From: an uncultured delta proteobacterium
GTDB taxonomy: Bacteria > Desulfobacterota > Binatia > UBA9968
NCBI GenBank assembly: GCA_963760795.1
Contig: CAVXEP010000035.1
Span: 32,001-96,000, forward strand
DNA length: 64,000 nucleotides
Reading direction: 5' to 3'
Made by a program: the position numbers and the translations under genes. Below are positions 46,461-55,561 of this stretch, piece by piece (the stretch's first letter is position 1; each line of letters starts with the position of its first letter). The notes under the pieces are model-generated. The model was not told the DNA's origin. It saw nothing but the letters and a program-made list of their open reading frames with translations, and did no database searches.

Positions 46461-48386
46461 ATGGATCGTCCGCCGCTGCAAGACTTCGATGTCGATGCCG
46501 CCCTCAGAACAATCCTTGAGGGCACGGCCACTCAGACTGGGACGGAATTTTTTCAAGCCCTGGTAAAAAATCTTGCCTTCGCGCTTAACACGCATGGCGC
46601 GTGGGTCACCGAGTATTTTCCGGAATCACGCCGATTAAAGGCACTGGCCTTTTGGATGGGCGATCAATGGCTCGATGACTGGGAGATGGCGGTCGATGGC
46701 ACCGCGTGTGAGCGGGTAGTCGACGAACGCCGCCTGGTCCATATCCCCGACAACCTCCTCGATATTTACGGCGACAATCCTGAGGTGCGGGCCATCGGCG
46801 CAGCGAGTTACCTGGGCATGCCGCTGCTCGATCTCGGTGGAAAAGTTCTCGGCCACTTGGCGGTTCTCGACTTGCGGCCGATGCCCGCCGAGCCGCGCGC
46901 CCAAGCGCTATTTCAAATCTTCGCTGCCCGAGCGGGAGCTGAACTGCGCCGGCTGCGCGCTGAGGCGCAAGTGCGTGAGCGCGAACAGAAGCTTGGCCGC
47001 CTGGTGGGCAGCGCCATGGACGCGATCATCGAGCTTGATCGCCATTTGGCGGTGACGCAGATGAATCCGGCGGCAGAAAAGGTTATGGGCTGCGGCACGG
47101 CAGCGATCGTCGGACGAACGTTTAGCCAGTTTTTGTCCGCCGACTCGCGCGAGAAACTGGCGCGCTTGATTATCGATCTCGATTCTCGCGCTGACGGGCA
47201 ACGCTCACTATGGATTGCCGGCGGATTGGACGCGGCCACCGAGAGCGGTTTGCCGTTTCGAGCGGAGGCAACGCTGTCTCGGTTCGACATTGAGCGCGAA
47301 CCTTTCTACACCGTGATTTTTAGAAACGTCAACGACCGGCTCGCAGCCGAACAGAAAATTCGTTCATTGACAGTGGAAGCGGAGTATCTGCGCGAAGAGA
47401 TCAAGTCTTTATTTGGCGCGGATGAAATTGTCGGCCAGAGCGAGGCTTTGCTCGGTGTGCTCAGAGACGTCAAGGAAGTGGCCGGCACCGATGCGACGGT
47501 GCTGATTCTCGGCGAGACCGGAACCGGCAAAGAACTCATCGCGCGGGCGATTCATCATGCCAGCCGGCGGCGGCAAAGACCGCTCATCAAGGTCAACTGC
47601 GCGGCGATTCCGGCAACCTTGATCGAGAGCGAATTCTTCGGCCACGAAGCCGGCGCGTTCACCGGCGCGACCAAAAAGCGCGACGGCCGATTCACCTTGG
47701 CCAACGGCGGCACGATATTCTTGGACGAGATCGCCGAGCTTCCGTTCGACTTGCAGACGAAACTGCTCCGGGTGCTGCAAGAAGGCGAATTCGAGCCGGT
47801 CGGCAGCTCTCAGACACGCAAGGTCGACGCGCGGGTATTGGCTGCCACAAATCGAGACCTTGAAGGGGCCATTAAGGAGGGCAAATTCCGCGAAGATTTA
47901 TACTATCGGTTAAATGTGTTTCCGATCCAGCTGCCGCCGTTGCGCGAGCGGCGCGGCGATATTGCGATTCTTGCCGCTCAGTTCGCGCAAAAATTCGCCA
48001 AGAATATGGGCCGGTCGATCGAGCCACTGTCACAGGATTGCATCCGTCGTCTGGAAGCCTATCGCTGGCCTGGCAACGTGCGCGAGCTGCAAAACATTAT
48101 CGAGCGTGCGGTGATCACGTCACGCGATCGCAAGCTCAATCTAGATCGTGCCCTGCCGGAAAGCGTCGGCGATCTCGCCGCTGCGTTGGCAGGTGACGAA
48201 GCCGGCGCCAAGTGCGTGCGCACCGCCAAAGAGTTTGAAGACCTAGAGCGGGAGAATATCGTCGCCGCCCTCGAAGCGAGCGATTGGAAAGTCGCCGGCG
48301 CGCATGGCGCGGCCACGCTCCTCGGCATCAAGCCGACGACGCTCAGCTCGCGCATGAAAGCGCTCGGCGTCGAGCGCAAACGCTAA
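46461..48386 (+). CDS. Sigma54-dependent activator (GAF-PAS-AAA+-HTH, FhlA-like)
   Basis: GAF (ASYLGMPL), PAS (SAMDAII..MNPAAE), GETGTGKE, GAFTGA, FLDEI, FREDLYYRL, WPGNVREL, HTH LGIKPTTLSSRMK. Start is ATG 46461 or slightly upstream. Confidence 0.95.
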   Translation: MDRPPLQDFDVDAALRTILEGTATQTGTEFFQALVKNLAFALNTHGAWVTEYFPESRRLKALAFWMGDQWLDDWEMAVDGTACERVVDERRLVHIPDNLLDIYGDNPEVRAIGAASYLGMPLLDLGGKVLGHLAVLDLRPMPAEPRAQALFQIFAARAGAELRRLRAEAQVREREQKLGRLVGSAMDAIIELDRHLAVTQMNPAAEKVMGCGTAAIVGRTFSQFLSADSREKLARLIIDLDSRADGQRSLWIAGGLDAATESGLPFRAEATLSRFDIEREPFYTVIFRNVNDRLAAEQKIRSLTVEAEYLREEIKSLFGADEIVGQSEALLGVLRDVKEVAGTDATVLILGETGTGKELIARAIHHASRRRQRPLIKVNCAAIPATLIESEFFGHEAGAFTGATKKRDGRFTLANGGTIFLDEIAELPFDLQTKLLRVLQEGEFEPVGSSQTRKVDARVLAATNRDLEGAIKEGKFREDLYYRLNVFPIQLPPLRERRGDIAILAAQFAQKFAKNMGRSIEPLSQDCIRRLEAYRWPGNVRELQNIIERAVITSRDRKLNLDRALPESVGDLAAALAGDEAGAKCVRTAKEFEDLERENIVAALEASDWKVAGAHGAATLLGIKPTTLSSRMKALGVERKR

Positions 48387-48416
48387 GCGCACTCACGAGA
48401 AATCATATTCGACGCT

Positions 48417-48447
48417 AACGAGATCTCGTTACTAACGAAATCTCGTC
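48417..48447. promoter_or_regulatory. Tandem enhancer (UAS) palindromes for the sigma54 activator
   Basis: AACGAGATCTCGTT (perfect palindrome, 48417-48430) and AACGAAATCTCGTC (48434-48447), about 70-100 bp upstream of a -24/-12 promoter. Confidence 0.7.
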
Positions 48448-48515
48448 ATCCTCTCCTGCCGGCAATATTTCCTCAAACTTCTGAATTCTAAAGCTATTCA
48501 GCAATGCCACGGCCT

Positions 48516-48531
48516 TGGCATGGTTCGCGCA
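48516..48531 (+). promoter_or_regulatory. Sigma54 (-24/-12) promoter
   Basis: TGGCATGGTTCGCGCA = GG-N10-GC. Confidence 0.7.
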
Positions 48532-48582
48532 ATAGTTCCGTTGCAACGGCGACGAGCCGAAAAAAATGACGGAGGAAAGATC

Positions 48583-49494
48583 ATGAATAACCATTACAGT
48601 TACCAAGGGGTGCTGGAGACTTCGGAGCGTATCAACTGGCGCATCGAGGACATCATCGGCGGCGACAAGCGCTTAGATTTTAGCAACCCGTTCATGCCGG
48701 AATCGCTGGCTCAGGTGGATGGGCTGGGATTTCTATCCGCCGATGAGAAACGGATCTTGAACCAGATCCGCGGCCACGAGTACCTCGCCATGTTCGGTCT
48801 GGTCGAGGAATTCATTCTGCCGTTCGCTCTCGACCACGCAAGGGAGCAGCTTTCGGGCGACGATTATCGAATCCGCGCACTGCTGCAGTTCGCCGGCGAA
48901 GAGGCCAAGCATATTCATCTTTTCAAACAGTTCCGCGAGGAATTTACCGGCGGCTTTGGCAGCCGCTGCGACTTCATCGGACCGGCTGAGGATGTGAAGA
49001 AATTTGTTCTGTCGCACAGCCCCTTCGGTGTCAGCATTGCCGTTCTTCATATCGAATGGATCACATTGCGCCATTACGTCGAGGCAGTGCGCGATAGTCA
49101 GCAGCTCGATCGGCAGTTCAAAAGTCTCCTGAAGCATCACTGGCTAGAAGAGTCGCAGCATACCAAGCTCGATACCTTGATTGTCGAAAAGCTGGCGGCG
49201 AGCGCGACGGAAAAAGAGATCGATCTAGGCTTCGAGGAATACGGCAAAATCGGCGCCTTCATCGATGATGGGCTCAAGCAGCAGGCGGAGTTCAATGTCG
49301 ATGCGTTCGAGAATGCCACCGGCAGGCAACTATCGAAAAATGAGCGGGCAGAGATGACGGCAGCGGTGCTCAAGGGGATGCGCTGGACCTATCTTGGCAC
49401 GGGCATGACCCATACGAATTTTCTCGCCACCGTGGAGGGGATCAAACCCGAAGCGAGAAAACAGATCGAGGCGATGGCGCCGGCGTTTTGCTAA
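48583..49494 (+). CDS. Ferritin-like diiron protein (AurF/N-oxygenase-like)
   Basis: Start moved to ATG 48583 (GGAGG RBS); carboxylate/His ligand pattern LVEE...EEAKH...HIE...EESQH. Confidence 0.75.
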   Translation: MNNHYSYQGVLETSERINWRIEDIIGGDKRLDFSNPFMPESLAQVDGLGFLSADEKRILNQIRGHEYLAMFGLVEEFILPFALDHAREQLSGDDYRIRALLQFAGEEAKHIHLFKQFREEFTGGFGSRCDFIGPAEDVKKFVLSHSPFGVSIAVLHIEWITLRHYVEAVRDSQQLDRQFKSLLKHHWLEESQHTKLDTLIVEKLAASATEKEIDLGFEEYGKIGAFIDDGLKQQAEFNVDAFENATGRQLSKNERAEMTAAVLKGMRWTYLGTGMTHTNFLATVEGIKPEARKQIEAMAPAFC

Positions 49495-49535
49495 GCATAA
49501 CGGCCAATCAAGTTAATCATCGAAAGGAGATCGAT

Positions 49536-50699
49536 ATGTCTGTAACAGCCATAAATCTAGCTGACGGAAACAATATCAAGGCAGCGGAAAAGATCGCCAC
49601 GGTGCTGAACGAACTGGGGCCGCGCTTTGTCGAGCGCGCCGCAGCGGCCGATGAGCAAGATCGGTTTGTCGCGGAAAACCTCGCCGAGCTCAAAGCCCAC
49701 GGGTTGGTGGCGGCCGGTGTGCCGGAGGAATTGGGCGGCCTCGGCGCCAGCCACGCTGAGCTGGGTGAGATGTTACGACGAATTGCCTATCAGTGCGGTT
49801 CGACGGGTTTAGCTTTTTCCATGCACACCCACCAAGTCGCGACCAACGCGTGGCGTTGGCGCCATCAGAAAGCGCCGGTGGACGGCTTGTTGAAGCGAGT
49901 CGCCGCGGAAAACATCGTGCTTTTGAGCAGCGGCGGCTCCGACTGGCTGCAAGGTTCGGGTACAGCGACGCGGGTCGAAGGCGGTTATCGCATCAACGGG
50001 CGAAAAATCTTTTCCAGCGGCGCGCCCGCGGGGGATCTTTTGATGACCAGCGCGGTGTACGACGATCCCGAAGCTGGCCCCTCGGTATTACACTTCGCCG
50101 TTCCGATGAAGGCTGAAGGGGTGAAATTGCTCGACACCTGGCGGGTCATGGGCATGCGCGGCACGGGGTCCCACGATATCGGACTGACCGATGTTTTCAT
50201 CGCTGATGCGGCGATTGGCGGGAAGCGGCCTCAGGGCAAATGGCATCCGTTATTCCACATTATTTCGATGATCGCCTTTCCATTAGTCTACTCCGCTTAT
50301 CTTGGCGTCGCCGAGGCAGCGCGCGATCTGGTCGTCGAAAAGGCGCGCAAGCGCAAAGCGGATTATCGTTCGGTCGAACTTATCGGCGGCGTCGATAACG
50401 AGTTGACGAGCGCTCGGCTAGCGCTCCAAGACATGATTGCCGCCGCGGCGACCAACGATCCCGGACTGGCGACGACAAACCGCGTCATGATAGGTCGCAC
50501 ACTGGTTGCGCGCGGCGTATTGAATACCGTGGAGGTGGCGATGGAAGCCGCAGGCGGCAGCGCGTTCTTCCGATCGGCGGGGTTGGAGAGACTTTTCCGC
50601 GACGCCCAGGCCGCGCGATATCATCCGCTGCGCGAAGGCGCACAACGAGCCTACGCGGGGCGCATGGCGCTCGGGTTGGATGTCGACGAGGTGATATGA
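49536..50699 (+). CDS. Acyl-CoA dehydrogenase-fold flavoprotein (two-component monooxygenase-like)
   Basis: RAAAAD...F, VPEELGGLG, CGSTGLAFSMH, INGRKIFSSG, WRVMGMRGTGSHD, LERLFRD..A..YHP; AAAGGAG RBS. Confidence 0.88.
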   Translation: MSVTAINLADGNNIKAAEKIATVLNELGPRFVERAAAADEQDRFVAENLAELKAHGLVAAGVPEELGGLGASHAELGEMLRRIAYQCGSTGLAFSMHTHQVATNAWRWRHQKAPVDGLLKRVAAENIVLLSSGGSDWLQGSGTATRVEGGYRINGRKIFSSGAPAGDLLMTSAVYDDPEAGPSVLHFAVPMKAEGVKLLDTWRVMGMRGTGSHDIGLTDVFIADAAIGGKRPQGKWHPLFHIISMIAFPLVYSAYLGVAEAARDLVVEKARKRKADYRSVELIGGVDNELTSARLALQDMIAAAATNDPGLATTNRVMIGRTLVARGVLNTVEVAMEAAGGSAFFRSAGLERLFRDAQAARYHPLREGAQRAYAGRMALGLDVDEVI

Positions 50700-50831
50700 A
50701 ACTGGCTAGCGCCGCGCCTGTATTCCCGGCGCGACGCTAGATTCTGGTCGATCCACTCTTACAGTTAGCTCTAATGAAAAACCTCGCTGCAAGCAGCTGG
50801 GTATCAAAGCAAACTCACTTCGGGTGAAGTT

Positions 50832-50932
50832 GTCGGGTGGGCGGAGGCGCAACGCGACGATACCTATCGTTCGGAATGATGGGTATCGCGGAGTCTATCC
50901 TCAGCCAAGCCGAAAGACTCCACCCATCCTAC
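50832..50932. repeat. GTAG-family REP doublet (REPIN/BIME-like) with nested palindrome
   Basis: GTCGGGTGGGCGGAGGCGCAACGCGACGATACCTATC ... GATGGGTATCGCGGAG[TCTATCCTCAGCCAAGCCGAAAGA]CTCCACCCATCCTAC; lies between convergent genes. Confidence 0.7.
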
Positions 50933-50978
50933 GTCGGAATCACTACGCCGCAAGCTACGAAGAATCAACCCGCAGCGA

Positions 50979-51953
50979 TTAAGCCACAAGATTTCTCGGC
51001 TCGCCGCGGAGAAACGCTTCAATGTTGGCTTCGACTTCGACTAATAACCGCTGGCGTGCTTCGCGCGCTGACCATGCCGTGTGCGGCGTCACGATCAAAT
51101 TATCAAGTTGTTTTGCCGCGGCAACGATCGGATGATCGGCGGGCGGCGGCTCTTGGGTGATGACATCGAGGGCGGCGCCGGCGATCTGCTTGGTGCGTAG
51201 CGCTTGAATCAGCGCCGGCTCGTCGATAAGGGCGCCGCGGGCAGTGTTGACCAGGAACGCGCTAGGTTTCATCAACGCCAGCGATTGACGGTTAATTATA
51301 TGTCTCGTGTCGGGCGTCAGTGGGCAGTGGAGTGAGATGAAATCTGCGTGGCGGAACAGCCCTGCCATTGGCATACGATCAGTTGTGGGCGTTGGGTCAC
51401 CAGGACGCGCGCCGACTAATATTTCCATACCGAAGCCGCGCGCCATTTGCGCGACGCTCTTACCGATATTGCCGTAACCGATGATGCCGAGTTGTTTGCC
51501 CGCGAGTTCCATATTCGGAAAAGTCAGGAGCGTGAAGACCGGGCTCTTCTGCCATTCGCCGGCTTTGACAGCGGCGGCATAGCTGCTGGCGCGACTGGCC
51601 AGCTGCAAAATCAACGCCAGGGTGAATTGGGCCACCGATTGGCTGGCGTAGCCTGGCACGTTGCAGACTTTGACGCCGCGTTTCGCTGCGGCTTCTTTGT
51701 CGATGATGTCGGTGCCGGTGGCGGCGACGGCGATGAGTTTTAGCTCGCGGGCATCAGGCGAATTCAAAAGCCCTTCGTTGATGACGACTTTATTGGTGAC
51801 GGCGATGGCGTGGCCCGCGAGTCGGGCGCCGGTTTGCGCCGCGTTCGTGACTTGATGGATCGTACAGTCCCATGTGTTGGTGAATTCTGTTAACGGCATG
51901 TCGCCATAGGTGGCGGCGTCGAGAAAAACGATTCGAGTTTGCGGCTTGCTCAT
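50979..51953 (-). CDS. D-2-hydroxyacid dehydrogenase (glycerate dehydrogenase/hydroxypyruvate reductase-like)
   Basis: IVFLDAAT, VAATGTD, NVPGYA..SVAQ, GIIGYGNIG, SLHCPLT, NTARG, DV..EPP, TPHTAW. Confidence 0.92.
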   Translation of the reverse strand: MSKPQTRIVFLDAATYGDMPLTEFTNTWDCTIHQVTNAAQTGARLAGHAIAVTNKVVINEGLLNSPDARELKLIAVAATGTDIIDKEAAAKRGVKVCNVPGYASQSVAQFTLALILQLASRASSYAAAVKAGEWQKSPVFTLLTFPNMELAGKQLGIIGYGNIGKSVAQMARGFGMEILVGARPGDPTPTTDRMPMAGLFRHADFISLHCPLTPDTRHIINRQSLALMKPSAFLVNTARGALIDEPALIQALRTKQIAGAALDVITQEPPPADHPIVAAAKQLDNLIVTPHTAWSAREARQRLLVEVEANIEAFLRGEPRNLVA

Positions 51954-52798
51954 TTCGCCAACTTCCCTCGCGCTTCGAGTTTTTTTGCTTCGTCCCAGTA
52001 GCGGTCCATCTCTTCGATGGACGACTGGGCAAAATCTTTGTTTGCTTGGCGCAGCTCGGCTTCGATGTAATGAAAGCGCCGGGTAAAGCGGTCGATGGTC
52101 TGTGCCAGGACTTCTTCTGATTCGACATCGAGAAAACGCGCGATATTAACCATGGTGAACAGCAAGTCGCCTAGCTCCTCGCCGGTGTGGGTCTTGTCGC
52201 CGGAAGCCACGGCCTCTTTGAGTTCTCGCATCTCTTCGTCGACCTTGGCCCAGACCTGTTCGATATTCGGCCATTCGAAGCCCAGGCTGGCGGCGCGCCG
52301 CGAGATCGCTTGCGCCCGCGCCAGCGCCGGCATCGCTTTCGGGACATTGCCGAGAGCGGAATTGATTTCACCGGGGTTTTTTTCGTTGGCTTTGAGCTGG
52401 GCACGCTGTTTGAGCGCGGCCGCGGGATCTTCCGGCAGCGGTTCGCCGGCGAAGACATAGGGATGGCGGCGAACCAGTTTATCGGTGAGCAGCGCGATGA
52501 CATCTTCGATGGTGAAGCGGTTTTCCTCCTTGGCGATCTGGGCGTGAAAGATTACTTGCAGAAGCACATCGCCGAGCTCCTCTGTGACTTTTTTCGCGTC
52601 GCCGTCATCGAGGGCATCGAGCAATTCATAGGTCTCTTCGAGCAGGCAGGGCTTGAGCGAGAGGTGAGTCTGCGACTTGTCCCATGGACAGCCGGCATCG
52701 CTGCGCAGTTGCGCCATGACGTTTAGCAGTGCGGTGAATTTTTGTTCGGTCTCGCGATCGCTCACAGATATGGCCTCCACACAGCTTGACGTTGTCAA
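51950..52798 (-). CDS. mazG: Nucleoside triphosphate pyrophosphohydrolase MazG
   Basis: GCPWDKSQT, LEETYE, EELGDVLLQVIFH, KLVRRHP, second EELGDLLF; start uncertain (52798-52765). Confidence 0.95.
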   Translation of the reverse strand: MTTSSCVEAISVSDRETEQKFTALLNVMAQLRSDAGCPWDKSQTHLSLKPCLLEETYELLDALDDGDAKKVTEELGDVLLQVIFHAQIAKEENRFTIEDVIALLTDKLVRRHPYVFAGEPLPEDPAAALKQRAQLKANEKNPGEINSALGNVPKAMPALARAQAISRRAASLGFEWPNIEQVWAKVDEEMRELKEAVASGDKTHTGEELGDLLFTMVNIARFLDVESEEVLAQTIDRFTRRFHYIEAELRQANKDFAQSSIEEMDRYWDEAKKLEARGKLAK

Positions 52799-52882
52799 CT
52801 TTCCTTCCGGGCCGGCAGCGTGCTAAATCTTACTGGTCGTTATTCTTGAAGTCCAGCAAGTCTAGTTCAAGGAGAGCCGCTT

Positions 52883-53731
52883 ATGCCAGTTGCCAATGTC
52901 GATGGGATCGATACTTACTACGAAACTCATGGTTCGGGCACGCCGATTTTGATGTGCGCGCCGGGCGGCTTCGATGCGACTATGGAAAAATGGCGGGTGG
53001 CCAGCGCTTGGACCGGCATTGACGCGATCCAAGCGTTGGCGGCGGCACATACGGTGATTCTCTACGACCGGCGCGAGTGCGGCCAGTCGGGCGGGCGGGT
53101 CGAACGGTTGAGCTGGGTTAGTTATACCAAGCATGGCAAAGCGCTGCTCGATCATTTGAGGATCGATGCGGCGTGGATCATGGGCGGCTGCATGGGCTGC
53201 TCGGTGGCTCTTGCGTTTGGCGTGCATTATCCCCAAGCGACCCGCGGTTTGCTGCTGCACTGGCCGGTGGGCGGTTATCGTTGGAAGGTCAACAGCCAAG
53301 CTCGCTTCATGCGCCACTACGAGTTCGCCAAACAGCATGGCCTCAATGGCGTCGTCGAGCGCGCCCGCGCCGGCAAAAGTTTTTGGATGGACCCGGAGGC
53401 TGGACCTTGGGCCGGTATGATCGCCCGCGATGCCGGCTTCGCGGACCGTTTTTTAGCGCTAGATTTGGAACGTTACCTGGGTTTGATTATCACTAGCGGC
53501 CGCACCCTGTTTGACCGCGACAGCGCGCCCGGCGCGGAGCCGGAAGAAGTGATGGGGATCAAAGCGCCATCGCTCATCATCCCGGGCGATGATCAATCCC
53601 ACGCGACCTCCGGAGCGCATTATCTGCGAGAGCTCTTACCGAAGTCTGAATTCTGGAATGTCATGCCGCCGGGGCAGACGACGCAGACCGTGGTCGATCG
53701 GATTGGCGAATTCTGCCGCAAGTATGATTAA
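52883..53731 (+). CDS. Alpha/beta hydrolase-fold protein with Cys at the nucleophile elbow
   Basis: YYETHGSGTPIL, YDRRECGQS, IMGGCMGC in place of GxSxG, PGDD.SH. Confidence 0.8.
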   Translation: MPVANVDGIDTYYETHGSGTPILMCAPGGFDATMEKWRVASAWTGIDAIQALAAAHTVILYDRRECGQSGGRVERLSWVSYTKHGKALLDHLRIDAAWIMGGCMGCSVALAFGVHYPQATRGLLLHWPVGGYRWKVNSQARFMRHYEFAKQHGLNGVVERARAGKSFWMDPEAGPWAGMIARDAGFADRFLALDLERYLGLIITSGRTLFDRDSAPGAEPEEVMGIKAPSLIIPGDDQSHATSGAHYLRELLPKSEFWNVMPPGQTTQTVVDRIGEFCRKYD

Positions 53732-53830
53732 ATTTTCGTGAACTTGGCTTGTCGAAGTGTGGACCGCTGGGTTGAAATTTGATAGACAAAATTCACTTCG
53801 AATTGTTATTGACCAATCAAGGAGGTAGCG

Positions 53831-54551
53831 ATGGACATTTCCAATTCTACGGTGCAACTCAACACATCCGACGGCAAGATGGATGCCTATGTGGCCCAGC
53901 CCAAGGCTGGCGGCAGCTATCCCGGCGTGGTGGTTATTCAAGAGGCTTTCGGCATCAACGATCACATGAAGAAAGTCACGGAGCGGATCGCGGCGGAAGG
54001 CTACGTGGCGATCTGTCCGGATATTTTTCATCGCGAGACCGAGCGGGTGATTCCGTTTTCCGATATGGGCAAGGCGATCGCGGCCATGCAGCGGGTGCAA
54101 GACCCCAAGGCGATGGAAGATGTCGGCGCGGCGATCGCCCAGTTGAAATCCCAAGGCAACGTCAAAGCCGGCTCCCTCGGCGTCGTCGGTTTCTGCATGG
54201 GCGGCCGGCTAACCTATTTGACCGCGGCGCATCACGCCAACGACGTGAAGTGCGCGGTGCCCTATTATCCCGGCGGTATTACGATGGGTAATCCGAGCCC
54301 GTTGTCGCGGACCGGCGAGATCAAATGTCCGATGTATTTATTTTTCGGCGCCAAGGATCAGCTGATCCCGCTGGATCAGGTCAACCAGATCAAGACCGAG
54401 CTGACGACGAAAAAAGTCGCCTTTCGAGGTGGAGATATATCCGGAAGCCGGCCACGGCTTTTTCTGCGACGAGCGTGGCAGTTATCATGAAAAGTCGGCC
54501 ACCGACGCCTGGGAAAAGACCAAGTCGTTTTTTGCGCAGCATCTGAAATAA
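53831..54551 (+). CDS. Dienelactone hydrolase family protein (frameshifted near 54423)
   Basis: IQEAFG, GFCMGG. Removing one T in CTTTCGAG restores VAFEVEIYPEAGHGFFCDERGSYHEKSATDAWEKTKSFFAQHLK-stop at 54551. Confidence 0.88.
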
Positions 54552-54572
54552 ATTCGTTTGGCGCGCTGTCCG

Positions 54573-54611
54573 AGGGAGAGGAAGGGTTGGTACTTTTCCT
54601 CTCCCTTTTTT
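54573..54611 (+). terminator. Intrinsic terminator
   Basis: AGGGAGAGGAAGG / CTTTTCCTCTCCCT stem followed by a U run. Confidence 0.75.
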
Positions 54612-54647
54612 GTTTCTTCGGGCTATTTCGGTTACATTGACGGCATC

Positions 54648-55533
54648 ATGGCAAGAGCGAACAAATCCGATCAAGTTAAACTTGCCCTGGTGCAGATGAG
54701 CTGCGCCAAGGATCCCGCCGCCAATCTCGCCAAGGCTATGCAACGCATCGAAGCGGCGGCAAAGAAAGGCGCGCAGATTGTCTGCCTGCAAGAGCTGTTT
54801 CGCTCGCGCTACTTTTGCCAAAGCGAGGATCATGGCAATTTCAAGCTAGCGGAATCTATTCCTGGACCGAGCACCGAATCGTTGGGTGAGGTTGCCCGGC
54901 GGAAAAAAGTAGTCATCGTCGCCTCGTTGTTCGAGCGGCGCACAGCTGGGATCTACCATAATACCGCGGTGGTCATCGATGCGGATGGCTCGCTCGCTGG
55001 CAAGTACCGCAAAATGCATATCCCCGACGATCCGCTCTACTACGAAAAGTTCTATTTCACCCCCGGCGATTTGGGCTTTCCCAGTTTTCAAACGCGTTAC
55101 GCCAAGATCGCGGTGCTGGTCTGCTGGGACCAGTGGTTTCCCGAAGGGGCGCGGGCGGCGGCGCTTAGCGGAGCGCAGATCCTGTTTTATCCGACGGCGA
55201 TTGGCTGGATCCCCAACGAGCCGCGTGTGGCGGCGCAGAATCAACGCAATGCCTGGGAGCTGATACAGCGCTCCCACGCGATCGCCAACGGCGTCTTTGT
55301 CGCCTCGACCAACCGCGTCGGCAGCGAAGGACAAGATCAGGTTCTGGGGCAACTCCTTTGTCGCTGGGCCGTTGGGAGAGCTTGTTGCCCATGCTGGCGA
55401 CACGCGCGAAGAAATACTGATCGCTAAATGCGATCTCGCTAAGATCGAAGAGACGCGCCAAGCCTGGCCGTTTCTGCGCGACCGGCGCATCGACGCCTAT
55501 GGCGCCCTGCTGACGCGTTCCCTCGATCGTTAA
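54648..55533 (+). CDS. aguB: N-carbamoylputrescine amidase (carbon-nitrogen hydrolase), frameshifted near 55330
   Basis: CLQELF, YRKMHIPDDPLYYEKFYFTPGD, VCWDQWFPE (E-K-C triad). Removing one base joins NRVGSE to KIRFWGNSF...WPFLRDRRIDAY. Adjacent to aguA. Confidence 0.9.
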
Positions 55534-55561
55534 TGACTTCCAGCTCGAACAACGCTATTCC

